64,000 nucleotides of DNA from assembly GCA_002633005.1 (NCBI GenBank), contig NMRA01000464.1, positions 186,001-250,000 on the forward strand. The letters are read 5' to 3'. The notes under the pieces were generated by a model that saw only the letters and a program-made list of their open reading frames with translations, did no database searches and was not told where the DNA came from. The position numbers were made by a program, and so were the translations under genes. Positions 44,030-57,790 of this stretch are shown here, piece after piece (the stretch's first letter is position 1; every line of letters begins with the position of its first letter). This DNA is from Phoronis australis (lineage: Eukaryota; Animalia; Phoronida).

Positions 44030-44516
44030 AGCTGGCCAGTAGAGACGGTGGAGTTCCTACAAGACCTTCATTCGCCGGAAGCTTTTTCGGAAAATTATAC
44101 CTCACACCAATTAAAATGTCAAGTCACGCTGTTGCATTTACTTGTTGTGATTGTGTATGAGGGACATATTATGATGCCGTTGATGTCTCTAGTTCCTCTC
44201 AACTCTAATAAATACTCCTGGCATAATCAAACTTTTTCTTCGAGCAGTCCCACGTTCAGTTCCCAAACTTGGTAACTGGTCATTTTTACACTGCGCACAA
44301 CAGGGTATATGACGTCATACCACCAGGCGTGCGCAGTGTAAAAATGGCCAGTTACTGATTTGAGGGAACTGAACAAGAGACTGCTCGAACAAAAAGTATA
44401 TAACGGGAGTATTGGTTTGAGTTGATGTTTTAGTTGGTGTGAGGCATAATTCGCTTAAAAGCTACAGGAGCTACACTGTCTCTGCTGAGCCAGCTAGAGA
44501 TGGCGGTCACTGTCTA
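44030..44516. mobile_element. Older foldback element related to 40794-41693
   Basis: Arms homologous to the 40794 TIR (tttttcttcgagcagtccc...ttcagttccc) in inverted arrangement; another arm at about 43190-43420. Confidence 0.75.
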
Positions 44517-44838
44517 CATCTCTAACTGTTCTCATGATAATTCTTATTGTGATTAGGATTATTTTCCATTTTCAAAAAATTATCGAAACCATCAGCGACT
44601 TAAGAAAGCGCTTCAAAGTTATTTGGGATATGTCAATCTTGAAATTGTGGATTAGAAAATAGCTCCGATATGCATTACCTCAAGTCACCGGCACTTTCAG
44701 CAATAATTTTAGATTTATAAGTGTGGTGATGTTTTTAAGCATCAATGTGCTTTGGTTAAGAATTGAACACTATAAACTAAACAGGCAAAATCAGCACTTT
44801 TTACCAAAATCCGACAATATCACTGTAGATCATTTGCA

Positions 44839-44973
44839 ATGGCTCGAGGCCACCAGAAGATTCAGTCTCAGCAAAAGAATGCAGAGAAGCAAGCTAAAAT
44901 GAAGAAAGGCCAAGGATCCGACCAGAAAAAGGCTGCAGCCAAAGCACTAGTACATTCATGTGCAGTTTGCAAG
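44839..44973 (+). CDS. ZNF706: Zinc finger protein 706, coding exon 1
   Basis: MARGHQKIQSQQKNAEKQAKMKKGQGSDQKKAAAKALVHSCAVCK, recognisable ZNF706 (4F5/SERF-like N-terminus); AAG|gtaacg donor. Confidence 0.96.
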
Positions 44974-45571
44974 GTAACGTGTTGATCCTGTTTATTGTTA
45001 CAACTTAATGTGATGTCAGTGTATTTTTGAACGTTTTTGTTGCATGTACGGCAAAAGTTAAAAGTCCTTTGGCTGGAAATTGGGTGACTTATTCTCTATG
45101 TTACTGAATGGCAGTTGAATCAATTTCTCTACAGGGAACTGTATCATTAACATTTTTTCGGTGATGTTTGAATTTCAATACTTCAAAATGCTCTTCAATT
45201 CAGCACATAATATGGTTACCGTTATACCTGTCATCAAATTTTTTTGTATTTTAGCAATAAAATCAGTTTTGAAATTTCTAATTTTGTCAATTATTTTTGT
45301 GTTGTATTTATTGAACTTTTTAGTGATTTAATTAAGTAGGTTATTTTGATGTAGTAATACTTCATTTAGCAACACAACTGGAAACTTAAATGGCAAGTTT
45401 TGTGGATTGGCGTTCTTCTGCTACAGCTAAAGCATAAGGTGCTTTCTGCTTGAATTAATGAGAAATTGTAATCATGTCCTTTGATTGCTGATATTATTCA
45501 TTTTATTGATGTTACATGGTAACTGTACATTTTTATTGCTTTTTGGTATCATTTCATTTAAATTGGATTAA

Positions 45572-45886
45572 AACATCTGAATGTCGTATGTAACTACACA
45601 CTGTATATTCAACATCTGAATGTCGTATGTAACTACACACTGTATATTCAACATCTGAATGTCGTATGTAACTACACACTGTATATTCAACATCTGAATG
45701 TCGTATGTAACTACACACTGTATAATCAACATCTGAATGTCATATGTAACTACACACTGTATATTCAACATCTGAATGTCGTATGTAACTACACACTGTA
45801 TAATCAACATCTGAATGTCGTATGTAACTACACACTGTATATTCAACATCTGAATGTTCTGTGTAAGTATACCCTGTACATTACAG
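45572..45886 (+). repeat. 39-bp minisatellite (7 copies plus one degenerate) ending at the ZNF706 acceptor
   Basis: Unit AACATCTGAATGTCGTATGTAACTACACACTGTATATTC. Confidence 0.95.
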
Positions 45887-45976
45887 ACACAGATGCCTGA
45901 TCCCAAGACTTACAAGCAACATTTTGAAAACAAGCACCCAAAGGCACCTCTCCCAGCAGAGCTGGAGGGTGTCTAA
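45887..45976 (+). CDS. ZNF706: Zinc finger protein 706, coding exon 2
   Basis: cattacag acceptor; TQMPDPKTYKQHFENKHPKAPLPAELEGV* completes the C2H2 finger; 74 aa in total. Confidence 0.96.
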   Translation, partial: TQMPDPKTYKQHFENKHPKAPLPAELEGV

Positions 45977-47049
45977 CATAGGTTTTACAGACTACGTGAA
46001 ATGGGCATTATTTTGCCGTCATGGACTATTTTAATAACGTTATTGGTGAAAATGTGGATGGCATCAGCATCATGAGTGCTGTGAAGATTCAGGGTAGTCA
46101 GCGCCCTATTGGAGTTTTGTGTTTGTCATGGCTTTGTTTTCCTGTCACTATGAACATTTAGTTCCTATTAACCATCATTGTATTATTTTATTGCCAAGGT
46201 CATATTTTGGGTTAATGTTTGGTGTGAAGTTCTTGTAACTGTTGGTTCTTGCTGGACAGGGTAAAGGCCAAAAAACTTTAATTCATTTTGTTATTTATTT
46301 AAAGTCTTCAGCACCACACACTCGAGCAAAATAGGAGCAAATAACCTTTTACTCTTCCTGCTGTAGTCTGCTTTAAAGATGTACTTGCATGATCTAGCTT
46401 AGCCAGCCAGCTAGCTGTATGAAGACTATCATCAAAATACAGCTAGGTACCGCTGTGTGTATTTCTTCCGTAGATCCCGAAATTGCCCACGGCCAGGGTA
46501 GTTCTGCTCGTCACATCGCCGTGAAACCGGACGGGGTGCATGCAAATTCTGGGGAATCAGCCAACACTCACCTTGCCCGTTACAGCCATTTAATTGAAAA
46601 ACAATGCAATAAACATCATTTTCTTGCTTAACTCTCCGCCTTTTCCAACAATGAAAAGTATGTCATCGTTTTGAAAACAGTACACTCGTGTCCCGCGCAC
46701 GCGCTATTTCCTAAATTTTATGCGTCGCTAAAGATCGCTCCAGAACTTTAGCAGCAGAATAACGGTAGAACGCCATATTTTCCAACACCGTTTAATAATC
46801 TAGTTTACTCAAGCAAGACTGTAGTTTTTAGTGACTCTAATTTCGTTAGATTTATCTTACCACTTTTTTACCCACGTCTGTGCAAAGCTGTATATTTACA
46901 GCTTTGTACCAAGGCTAAATCCAGCTTTGCTAATGTATAGCAGGACTAAAGGACTATGCAATTTGAACATCATATATGCTAAAAAGTGCAGTTGCATTCA
47001 CTGACAACTTGTAAAAGTTTTGAATATAGGCATTTATTTGTGAGATGAT

Positions 47050-47615
47050 GCTGTCCTCCCGCTTTCGGATGGAATGGAGGAACTTTTGCTCCACCTAGTG
47101 GCCAGTCTTGTTTTTTGGTGTCGACCCCTCGATTAACCAAACCATTCTGAGGATGACTTTGAAAATTGGTGTCATTGTGTGAAGAGTACGGTTGACAATA
47201 AGGCATTCGACTACTGTAGCGCCTCCTAGTGGTAGTTTGTTTTGTTTTGCGTCCATAGCTGCATCTCCTAAACTCACTGCAGGATCTTTATTAAATATTG
47301 AGTAATTGTATTTATATGAAGCTAACAACAGATGACGATGTCTTTGAGGCGGATCCACTGAAGGCTTTGTCACAAAGTGGCAATTTCATTATTTTTTGTT
47401 TTCCTTTCTTTCTCTGAAGTTCCTTGACAGATTTTTATGAAATTTGGTAAATAGCTTTCTATTAAAGAAGCGATAGCATGCACCCGTTGTCAGATGGATT
47501 GGACATTTTTTCGCCCTATGGTGGCTATTTTTTATGAAACAAATAGACAACCCTAGAAGCACTCCGTTTGCAGTGCATTCGTGGGCGCATTTCAACGCTC
47601 CGCGTTGCTCTTGTT
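47050..47615 (-). repeat. Reverse copy of the GCCACTAGG-motif repeat
   Basis: Reverse complement of the 30298 head at 47400-47615; motifs cctagtgg near 47093 and 47225. Confidence 0.8.
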
Positions 47616-50369
47616 TGATATTGCAATTGAGCTGTTCTTATGTGTTTTTATTAACTCAAATTGGGACTGATGAAGTGCTCATGTATATAATGTAGTATGT
47701 TCTTAATTAGACTTAGAGCAGTGCACATTAATTGTGGGGTAACTACATAATTAATTTCTCGTTTGTCATGCACAACACAAACATAACAGATAAGACTATC
47801 TGAAAATCTCTATTGTGAATTTTGAATTATCAATCTGATTTGACACCCATAACTAACACAATACCTATTTTACACATCCAATAGTCTCATAATTTTTTAT
47901 CTGGATGCTGGTGAATGGTTCTGTTTATTGCTATGTTTATCATTTTATCAAATAGGAAAGAAATAACAAAAACTCAAAATGCACGTTTGTTTTGTTTTGT
48001 TTTGTTTCATTTGTTGTACATTTTTCGTTCACAAGTTTATTTTTGGTTTGGTTGTGAAATAACAATAGATTGCAATTGAGAATGATACAGTATGGTTTAC
48101 AGTATGCCACCTCCCCTAAAACTCACTCACTGGACAACAGCCAATTGCAATACAGTAATAAAAATGTGTAAATAAGTCAATCAACTCCACTTTACAATAT
48201 ACTATCCAGACTGCACACTAATACCCTTGTCCCAGTTAATGTCCATACCTATGTTGGATGGACGATGTGCATGGTAACAATAAAATTTACTTGGAAACAT
48301 GTCAACATTAATAAATCATGTGCATTAATACTGTCTCAACTCAGCTGTTGCCACTGATACTGCACAAATATTACATTATTGTAGGTTTTTTTAGGTTTTA
48401 GACTTGGTCTTGGCATGTCTAAATTCGTACACAATGGTAATTGTATTTTCCAGAACCATTTGTAATGTTAATTGTAATATTTTAAGCTGTCGAACATTTT
48501 GCATTGAAAATTATAATTGAAACCACCGCTATTACATGAAGTACTCATAGGATAGAACCTTGGCTAGTCATACTTTGTATTCACACCCAATATACAAAAT
48601 ATTTTCAAAGACCATTTACCTTCATGTATACTTTAAAGGCCATTTCTGGCAAATATGTTATAAGTGTATGGTTGTTAATTGTTTTGTCAGGACTATACTG
48701 TAATAACTTGACAAAGTACCATGCAGCATTAGTTAGGTAAAAACGAAATTTCAGACCCTTAATAAATTCAGTTAGTGGTGGTAAATCTTTCCATTGAAGC
48801 AGCAGATGAACTCCATTTGGTCCACAATTTTATCTCTTGTAATTGGGAATGCTTAAATTAGAAAATCAAAATGAAGGGCTCCACCGCAAAACTTAAAGTA
48901 ACTGAATCACCGGTTTTCAAAGATGGTGCTGCATGGAGATTTAAGAGCTGTTGAATTGTCACAAAATGCAATGCATTTATATTCCAGAACTGTTAGTCGT
49001 GTATATGATGTTAATTATTTGTCAACTCGTGTGTATTTTGGGAAGATCTGACTGTAACTGAAGACTGTTCATCAATAATGATCAATGTACTGTGGGAGTA
49101 TGTGGTTAGGTAACAATAACTGTCTCTGAAACTATCTCTTCTTCAGAGAGGGAGGTGAAGAAATTTGGTTTCATAATAAAACAATCACTAAAACTTTTGT
49201 GCATTTCACCGTTTAGCCTAGCTAAAACAAAAATTGACTTGGGCCTTCTGCTCTCATAAATCGGTCTCAAAGTTTCACATACTTTAACCACCAGCAACTT
49301 TGTAAAATGCTCTGACACAGCAATCCCCAGTTACTTCAAGTGTCTTCCCCTCCCATACTAATATTATCAAGAATAGCCCTAACACAAACCACTTCTTGCA
49401 TGCCAAAAACTTGCCAGAGAATCGATGCAAGAAGCAAGTCGTGCCTGTTTCATAGCTTAAACCAACCAGCTACAAAAAACTATAAAACAGACTTTATGGA
49501 AATCAACCAAGGAATTCAAATAAAGTTAACTGGAGCAAGTCTGAGGTTATCACTCTTTATTTACAGTATGCTACAGATCTTTATATAAGTTAATCTTTAT
49601 TAGTTACAGGTCAGTAGATTCCTGATATGTTGCTCCAAGTTACACTGAAACTTGTGAGTGACTTAACACTCATATCTACAACAGTATTCAGTAAGTCACA
49701 AGATGAACACCTGCAAGTTGCAACCGTTGTTCCTATAGAAGGCAAAAATATCACAAACAACCCATCAACACACAAGGCTACTCAGTGTTACAGGCTACTC
49801 AACCGTAAGTCCGCTAAAAACAAAAGTACAATATCACATACATGAAGTTCAGCATTCCCCAATGTGTAAATCAACACAACGTGCTAGATATAGGTACACA
49901 CAATCCTCTCTTCAACTCACACGGACATGCAGGTCCACTGTATAAATTAAAAATTACCAAAAATCTGCTTTTGATGAATAAATACTAAGTAACCAGGACA
50001 GTAACATAGTGACCGCAGGAGGTCAATATGAAAGCACCAAGTTCATGACTATCAGACACTTTGTACACTCGGCTGAAATACAGCACTTACGAAAATGGCA
50101 GTGAAAAAATTGTGTGCAAGTATAAGTGAGACATTTTTCCTTCCGCAAGAGAAGAATATCACCAACACCTAGAGAAAACAAAAACTCTTCAGCATTTCCT
50201 ATGAACTCAGCAGTCTTATGAAACCACAAAGAGTAAAATGGTGCTTTTTTAACAAAATCTGTCTGTCAATGTTAATCCAATTTATATAAAACAGATCTGT
50301 TGATCCGAACTTTGATAGATATTAACTTGATGTCTTGAGTATTTCCTATAGTTTAAGACCAAGCACCTT

Positions 50370-50535
50370 TCATGAAGTGGCATGCGGGTTTCTGAATTTG
50401 GGGAAGCTGAGTCCAAATTTGTGCTCCATGCCCTCAAATGTAGCCACTGCAAGGCGGAAGCCCCCTATGTGGTCAGGGTTCTGTGGTGGTAGGTCAGCTG
50501 GGCTCTGTGGTCTCGCCTTTGACCCCGACGGTTGC
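50370..50535 (-). CDS. SLC25A12/13: Aralar/citrin mitochondrial aspartate-glutamate carrier, terminal exon
   Basis: [29 protein letters not shown] is the characteristic aralar C-terminal helix; acceptor ccacctag, phase 2. Confidence 0.95.
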
Positions 50536-50870
50536 CTAGGTGGACAAACAGAAAGTTGCAACTACTGTTTTCAGTGACACTCAGTGTCACATTATGACAT
50601 TTTACTTAAAAGCTGGACAGTTTCTGTTTTGGTGGGACAACACATCAAGTTCAACAAACTGGCAAACAAGAGACATTCCTAGTCCTGTGCCAAGATTGTC
50701 AAGCAGAATTTCAGCTAACTCCAAGAAAAACAGATTTTGTAAGTTATTGAGTGCAGTTTAAAACATCCAACCACTGACATTTTCACTGACAGTAAAGTGT
50801 TACATGGTGGTGGCACGCAGTCAAAAAGTGCACAAATTTTTGTGCCCGTCACTTCTCCACATGAGACCAG

Positions 50871-51289
50871 TGCCCAGTTGCATGAAACAGTCCTGGATAG
50901 AGAATCGACTAAGTTCTTAAATCTTTCGTGGGCCTGTGAAAACACTGATTGTCCTTTCTTATGCAGTTTGAATACCATAACTATAACAGTTTTTGGCTTT
51001 GATACAAATGGAGAGTTACCTCTACGTTGAATTCTCAATATTATTGAAAGAAGTTGGGATCTTTTCAAGCAACGCGCCTAATTTGAGGACTAAGTCCTTA
51101 ATTGTTTCGACTGAATTAAGGGTTCAGTTTTTAGTTACATTATTATAAAAATACCATTAATCAAAGAAGAGCTCATAATGAAAATAAAACGATAAAAATA
51201 TATCTGTGCCTAAACAATGAAACAAATATGAAAAAGATTTAGGGAACTTAGTTGAGTCCCTATTTATTACTGTTTCATGCAACCAGACA
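50871..51289. mobile_element. MITE family A, copy 3 (in aralar last intron)
   Basis: Same TIRs; CAG on both flanks. Confidence 0.85.
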
Positions 51290-51763
51290 CAGTACTCCTT
51301 AGCACTGACATGGGCACAAAGCCGGTGTCATCACGCAGTAATTTAGCTAGTCATCCTGTTTATTCCACTAACTAAATAATTATCAGCAATATTCAATTTA
51401 AAAGTCATCCTAGACTAATTTACAAACCAAATTCATCAACCAGATGAAAATGTCCACTAAACACCAACTTCAGAATATCAAATGAAAGTAAAAAGCCAAA
51501 ATTGAATGCAATTTGATGTGTCCCAAGTTGGGTCAGAAAGAACAGTCTTAACATTATAGGGGTTTCAAATGTCAACTAAATACATGTATACAACAAATAC
51601 ACAGAAAGTAAGAACATCCTAACCTCTGCCACTTACTGCAGATAAAATTAAGAAAACAAATGAGTGAATATATCCATGCAACTTTCAAATGCCACAGATT
51701 CATCATCATGTGTTTTCAACAGTTACCAAGTAACAGCATTTCACTGAACTTCATATTTCATTA

Positions 51764-52018
<255 letters not shown>

Positions 52019-52188
52019 TCAACAAAATAACACAATAAATTCTCAATAACAAGAGCAGTAACTTACAAGTCATTCATCATGCTTTACACCACCCAATAAG
52101 TAATTTCTCAAAACCATTTTGATACCCCATCTTCTAATTTTAATTTCATTTGCTCCAACAGAACATTGAACGCAATATCTTTACCAAC

Positions 52189-52347
52189 CTCCTGCCCCTT
52201 TCCACAGTGCACGGCCGCCCTCCTCACTCAGAATCTTACGGAAACAGTCAGTGACACCACTGTACGTTGTCTGGCCCTCACGTGCTGCCACCTGAAGTCG
52301 TGTCTTGATAACATCCGCTGGCGTTACAAGACCTGCAGCAGGTACGC
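52189..52347 (-). CDS. SLC25A12/13: Aralar/citrin exon (third carrier repeat)
   Basis: [53 protein letters not shown] with the PxDxxK signature. Confidence 0.95.
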
Positions 52348-53535
52348 CTTAAAAACGAACAAACATGTTCGAGTTAAAAATCGAGACAAATAACAGCTGA
52401 AAAACCTAAGTGTCAGCAGATTAATACATATTCCTTGAATATGATGGACTGTCTATCAATATGATGGACTGTCTATCAAAATGAGGCACGATTCATAAGC
52501 ACCATCAAGTCGGTTCATGTTTGGTGTAATCATGGTGTTAGTGTGACTGGACATCGGTTTCTATTTCAGAACACTTGAAGCTGATTTTCATGCTCCCATA
52601 ACTAGAATGAATGGTAAATACTAATTGGAAAACCATACAATTCACTGCCAAAAGGTATTACCAACACCAGCAAGCCATGTTCGCAGATGAAAGGATGCAA
52701 CCAGACTGCAGAGTTTCATCTAGAGGGCATCCAAATGAAGATGGACACCATTGTTAGGATGCACTGTTTATTACTTGGACACCCTATTCAGCACTCAGAT
52801 GCCTAGGTATAGCAAGCATTTGTGTCCTTTTAACATGCTACCAGCAGCTGTGGAAGCTCATTGAACGGTCTAAGGCAGATGCAAGATACCATCAACTATA
52901 TTGCGGACCCATGTTTCCACATTAAAATACCAGACTGTAACGGCATTTTGAATAAGGGTTATCAAAATGCAGTCCCTCGTCAATAGTCATGGACAGACTG
53001 AGAAATTGTGAAACCTATTTTTTATGAACCCCATACAGTCAGAGTGCAGTGTTACAACCAGTGCTGCACTGTATCCTTTAATATCCCAGAATTACACTAA
53101 TGTAAAACCAGAATAACACGATGACGGCTTAGTTGAACCTAAACAGGGTCATGTGTCATTATAGTTAATGACGTCACTTAAACATGACACAGGTTAAATG
53201 TTGAACAGCATTGTTTATGTCGTCACAAAAATTGCAACTTCAAAAACACTGAGCTCAGATGCATAATCCTACACGTCATATAAAAGCCAAATATCAATAG
53301 GTTGAGATGACCTTTAAATCAAAGTCACCTTTTAACTTGACATCATCGCAGCATCCCCACATCTTTGCACTGAGCCAAGCAACAATGACATCTGAATCTC
53401 CATATTTTGTACAAAGTGATAAAAATTAAAAAGCTAGTGCCTTATCCTAGGATAAAGAACTCAACCTCATCCTATCTACTAGACAGCAGGCAATCTGAAC
53501 AGAGATAAAAATTCCTGACAAATAGTGCTCCTTAC

Positions 53536-53674
53536 CAGCTATGATAGCAGCCGTAAATAAGCTGAGTGGAGAGTTGTAACCATTTTCGTCAGCCCAGTAT
53601 TTCTTTCCATGAGCATATGTTGGGAAGTAGATAGCTGAGAATGGTATGTCTCTGAGGAAACATGCCCTAGAGCC
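53536..53674 (-). CDS. SLC25A12/13: Aralar/citrin exon
   Basis: [22 protein letters not shown]...; canonical splice sites, phase 0 to 1. Confidence 0.96.
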
Positions 53675-54450
53675 CTGTAACAATATACAGTTATCAGTTC
53701 AAGTGCTATAACAGTCGATACTTCTCAGTCTTCAAAGCAAAAACACCAATAGTGAGCGTATAAATACTGTGTTCAAATGATCCAAGGTAATGTAGTCTGA
53801 AAAGAGTAGGACTCGCCATAAAAATATTATTTACAATCCCACAGAATGTCAGGGTTTGATTGGATGGCCTGCAGGTCGCCCATGTGACCTCAGAGTTTGT
53901 TTGGCGACCTGGTAAAAACCCACCATGAACTCAGCACACACACACACACACATCCGAGTATGCACTTGAAATACTACAACAAGTTAACTGATGGAAGTCA
54001 CTCATTTCAGGCTGTTGTCAACTGTATGTCATTTGTAGGGGCTTCCTTGTTTTAGCAACCTCGGTTCCAGTTTGACAACCTGGGAATTTTGCCAGGACAC
54101 ATTTGGCAATTTGACATTATGCAGAGCATTGAGCCCTGAATGTGTAAGAAGTTTATTAAATATTACAGTCTTGCTTATGAACTTGTGTAATGTTCTAAAT
54201 GTTTATGAGCCAACAATGTGCTGGATGCTCAAGAACCCACTGAAGAAAATAAATTAGATGTTTACAAGCCCATGAAATCATTGTGAACACTAGTGGAGGC
54301 TATCTGTATAGTGGTGATGTAATTAAAAAATTATTGCTTTTTACGTTGAACATTATTAAGATGGGCACATCACTTCTTAAATCAGAATGGAAGAGAGAGG
54401 GGGACACCAATTTCAAGGAGACATTGGCAGCGACAAAATGAACAGGTTAC

Positions 54451-54591
54451 CTTATACAAGCCAAAGAAGCCAAGCTCTTTCATGACAGCCATGGCACTGA
54501 CACGTGACTTCTGAACGACCTCGCCTGCTACTTGAAGCCTGATCTTGACTATCTCCAATGGATTAGTGAACATCACTTGTGATGCGCCAGC
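54451..54591 (-). CDS. SLC25A12/13: Aralar/citrin exon (second carrier repeat)
   Basis: [24 protein letters not shown]...GLYK. Confidence 0.96.
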
Positions 54592-55055
54592 CTGAGGATT
54601 GAAACAAACAGCAGATCAATGTATGAAATGTACATAAAGACAAAACTTTCACAGTCAATACAACACCAAAACACTTGGTCATGAATTAACGCAAATTCTA
54701 TGCTGATCGTGCTTCATAATACAGTAACCCAGAATGTGCACCTGCCTTTGCCATGCCTCATATCCACGAGGTCACCGAATGGACAGGAATTAGAAACAAA
54801 ATAATAACTGCCAAATAACGTAATAAAAACAACAATTTTTCAATGGTGACATGTTTCGACTAGAATGTACAACATTCTCAAGCTATAGCAGCATACAATT
54901 GTAATATAGTGCAGAATGTGCACTGCAACCGAAAACCTTTTTTGTTTTTAGTCAAAGAGGAGAGATACTAGTCACTGGAGAATGATTTGTGAACATGCAA
55001 TTTGATTAACTGTAAAGCATTTTTTTGTCTCTAAGAACTTCAGTCAAACACTCAC

Positions 55056-55136
55056 ACAACCTCCTGCTATCATTTCACCCCAAAATGGAATAGAGCCATC
55101 TTTTGACGTCATTTTATCACGCACCAAGTCATTCAT
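55056..55136 (-). CDS. SLC25A12/13: Aralar/citrin exon
   Basis: MNDLVRDKMTSKDGSIPFWGEMIAGGC; tttgcag acceptor, gtgagt donor. Confidence 0.94.
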
Positions 55137-55773
55137 CTGCAAACAAAAAGTTTTAGTGAATACATAATAAGCCTGAGATTTCTACAAATCAGTGAAATGC
55201 CTTAAATACCAGACAGTGACCAAGTAAATTCAGCTTTGGACCTTTGGAACTGTTCAAATAAAAGTGACAAGTGGCATAAAACTGAGCATGGACTACCACA
55301 AAGGTGAAAGAGATGCTGCGAACAACTGTTTCATCATAGACATTGACAATAGTAAAAGACATAGAACCAACATCAGCATAACACATACATTGAATGAGAA
55401 CTGTAAACAAAATATACTGGAGATAAAATCCAGTACAAAGAGACGACTTGGGAGATGCTTGGACTAGGTGGCAGGTGAGGGGAGAGTTGACACACACCCG
55501 AAACATCTAATACGCAATACCCTTTCAATCGAATACAAAATGAACCCTCTCCCCATTCCAGTACAGTAAATATGACTATACCAAAGTTAATCTTACAGCA
55601 TTTTTGTGAAAAATCTATCCTGGTGGCAGATTTTGTAGCAAAATATACATTGTACCACGTGATTTTTATGCCCTAATTGACCCGATTCAACAGCATTTAA
55701 CTCTAATAACTGTATAACGTATTCCTTGTTGAACAATAACAATGAGATAATAATCATGATGCTCAAGAAATAC

Positions 55774-55982
55774 CGTTAGTTTAATGGCCTTCTCTGGAGC
55801 CACGCCAACCAGTTGTGGTGTAAGTCCACGGTAGAGACCAAACGGTCCCTCAAAACGGATCACCTTCTTGAAGCAGTCCACACTGTTTTTGTACATCAAC
55901 TCGCCGAAGTATGTACCACTACGCTGGTTCTGCATGCGTGTTTTGACCAGGTCGATAGGGTAGACAGCTGTGGCTCCGCATG
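55774..55982 (-). CDS. SLC25A12/13: Aralar/citrin exon (first carrier repeat)
   Basis: [21 protein letters not shown]...[11 protein letters not shown]. Confidence 0.97.
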
Positions 55983-57086
55983 CTATGGGCAGGAGAACAT
56001 GGTTAAAAGGGAATGCAGACATTTCGAAGACACTATTATTGGCTTCTGTCTCTCAATTTTTAGCTAAAAACCAGAGTCTACAGATGGCTTAGCTTGTTCA
56101 CAGAAACGAGCTCATGCTGAAAGTCAGAAAAAGTGTCAACAACTCGAAGTCATAGTCTGCTTGACTAGACATAATGTGAAAAACGCAAAAGAAAAAATGA
56201 ACATTTGGCTATCAGTTGTCAGACTTCTAACTTTTGGCTAAAGTTAAAAGACAAAACCCAATAGCTCCCACAAGAAACAGGGCTCTGGTGTTACCTTCAA
56301 TGAGAATGCTAATCTCTGGCCATTTACGACACAGTTTCCAGAATAAATTACTGTTCACCTGGCCTCAGTGGTGCACATGCAACAGTAGCGAAGTAGATAA
56401 ATGCATCAGGCCTACATCTTGATTCTGAATTCAATTCCAATGAGGAAATGCAACGCCTCACTATTGAAAACAGCAATGTCGGTCATTGTGTACGTGTGGA
56501 CACAAAGAGCAGGCTTTATGCCAGGCCATTTACGTACATCACTGCAGTTTTAGCATGCCTAGATAACAGGGCCAAGAAACCCTAAGACTGAAAAATATCA
56601 AAGTTCACACAAAATACCTGCTTTCCCATTCAAAAAAGCAGTAAACTCTACTTTGCATTTGATGTACACTTGAGTTTGGTGTGATCAACTACTAATTTAA
56701 AAGCCATTGTCTCTGAATATGCATTATTGGACTGTTACTTGATTGACATGTGAACGAGAAGATTATGCAGTAAATTATCCCTCAGTTAAACAAATGTAAT
56801 ACATCCTTAACAAATAAAGTGTATACAAATCTAAATTTTAAAGTGACATTTGAAGTAAACTCAGTTTCACAACAATCTAAATTTTACCAATTAAGCACCG
56901 CCACAAGCTTTAAGTTCGAACGTGGAATGTAAAGCAATTTTATTCAAAGAAAGAATCAATACAATGATCGTTTTTTTACCAAACATTCTTATACAACACC
57001 CATGATATTGCAGTGGGCACACAAGTAACTCTTGTCAGTGGATGTATCAAGAACTTTAAACACAAACAAGCACATCGGACATTTAC

Positions 57087-57189
57087 CTCCGGCCAGTGAA
57101 CCTAATGCGAACCTATATACACTTTCTAGCACCTGTATTAAAACGCCTCGACTGAAACCCTCTCCTTCCTTGATGGTTTCTACGGAGTC
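57087..57189 (-). CDS. SLC25A12/13: Aralar/citrin exon
   Basis: ...RGVLIQVLESVYRFALGSLAG, start of the carrier domain; phase 0 to 1. Confidence 0.94.
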
Positions 57190-57247
57190 CTGGAAGTAGA
57201 AGGCACAACAACTACTACATGTAGTGCAGACAAACTGGGGCTGTCAG

Positions 57248-57790
57248 AACCTATAAATACACTGATTTAGTACAAGGATGTACATGAACTTATAAATACA
57301 TTATTGATATAGTGTAAGGACATGAATCTATACATACAGCACTGGTATAGTATAAGAACATGAACCTATAAATACAGCACTGGTATAGTATAAGAACATG
57401 AACCTATAAATACAGTACTGATACAGTATAAGAACATGAACCTATAAATACAGTACTGATTAGTGGAAGGATATGAATCCATAAATAATGAATGGATATA
57501 TGTAAAAACATTAATCTGTACATAGAGTACTGCTATTGAAGAAGGACATGAACTGATAAATACATTACTGATACAGTATAAGGACATGAACCTATAAATA
57601 CAGTACTGATATAGGGTAAGGACATGAATCTATAAATACAGTACTGATAGAGTATAAGAACAAGAACCTATCAATACAGTACTGATTAGTGTAAGGATAC
57701 GAATGCATAAATTGAATGCATTATTATGTATACACAGTACTGATATAGAGCAAGGACACAAAGATATCGAGCAAGGACATGAACTGATAC
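57248..57790. repeat. ~38-bp minisatellite in aralar intron
   Basis: Unit like AACATGAACCTATAAATACAGTACTGATACAGTATAAG; further units at 58740-58800. Confidence 0.88.

Noticed and set aside
45568-45906. 112-aa repetitive ORF (IQMLNIQCVVTYD)n
   Set aside because: Translation of the 39-bp minisatellite on the strand opposite ZNF706.
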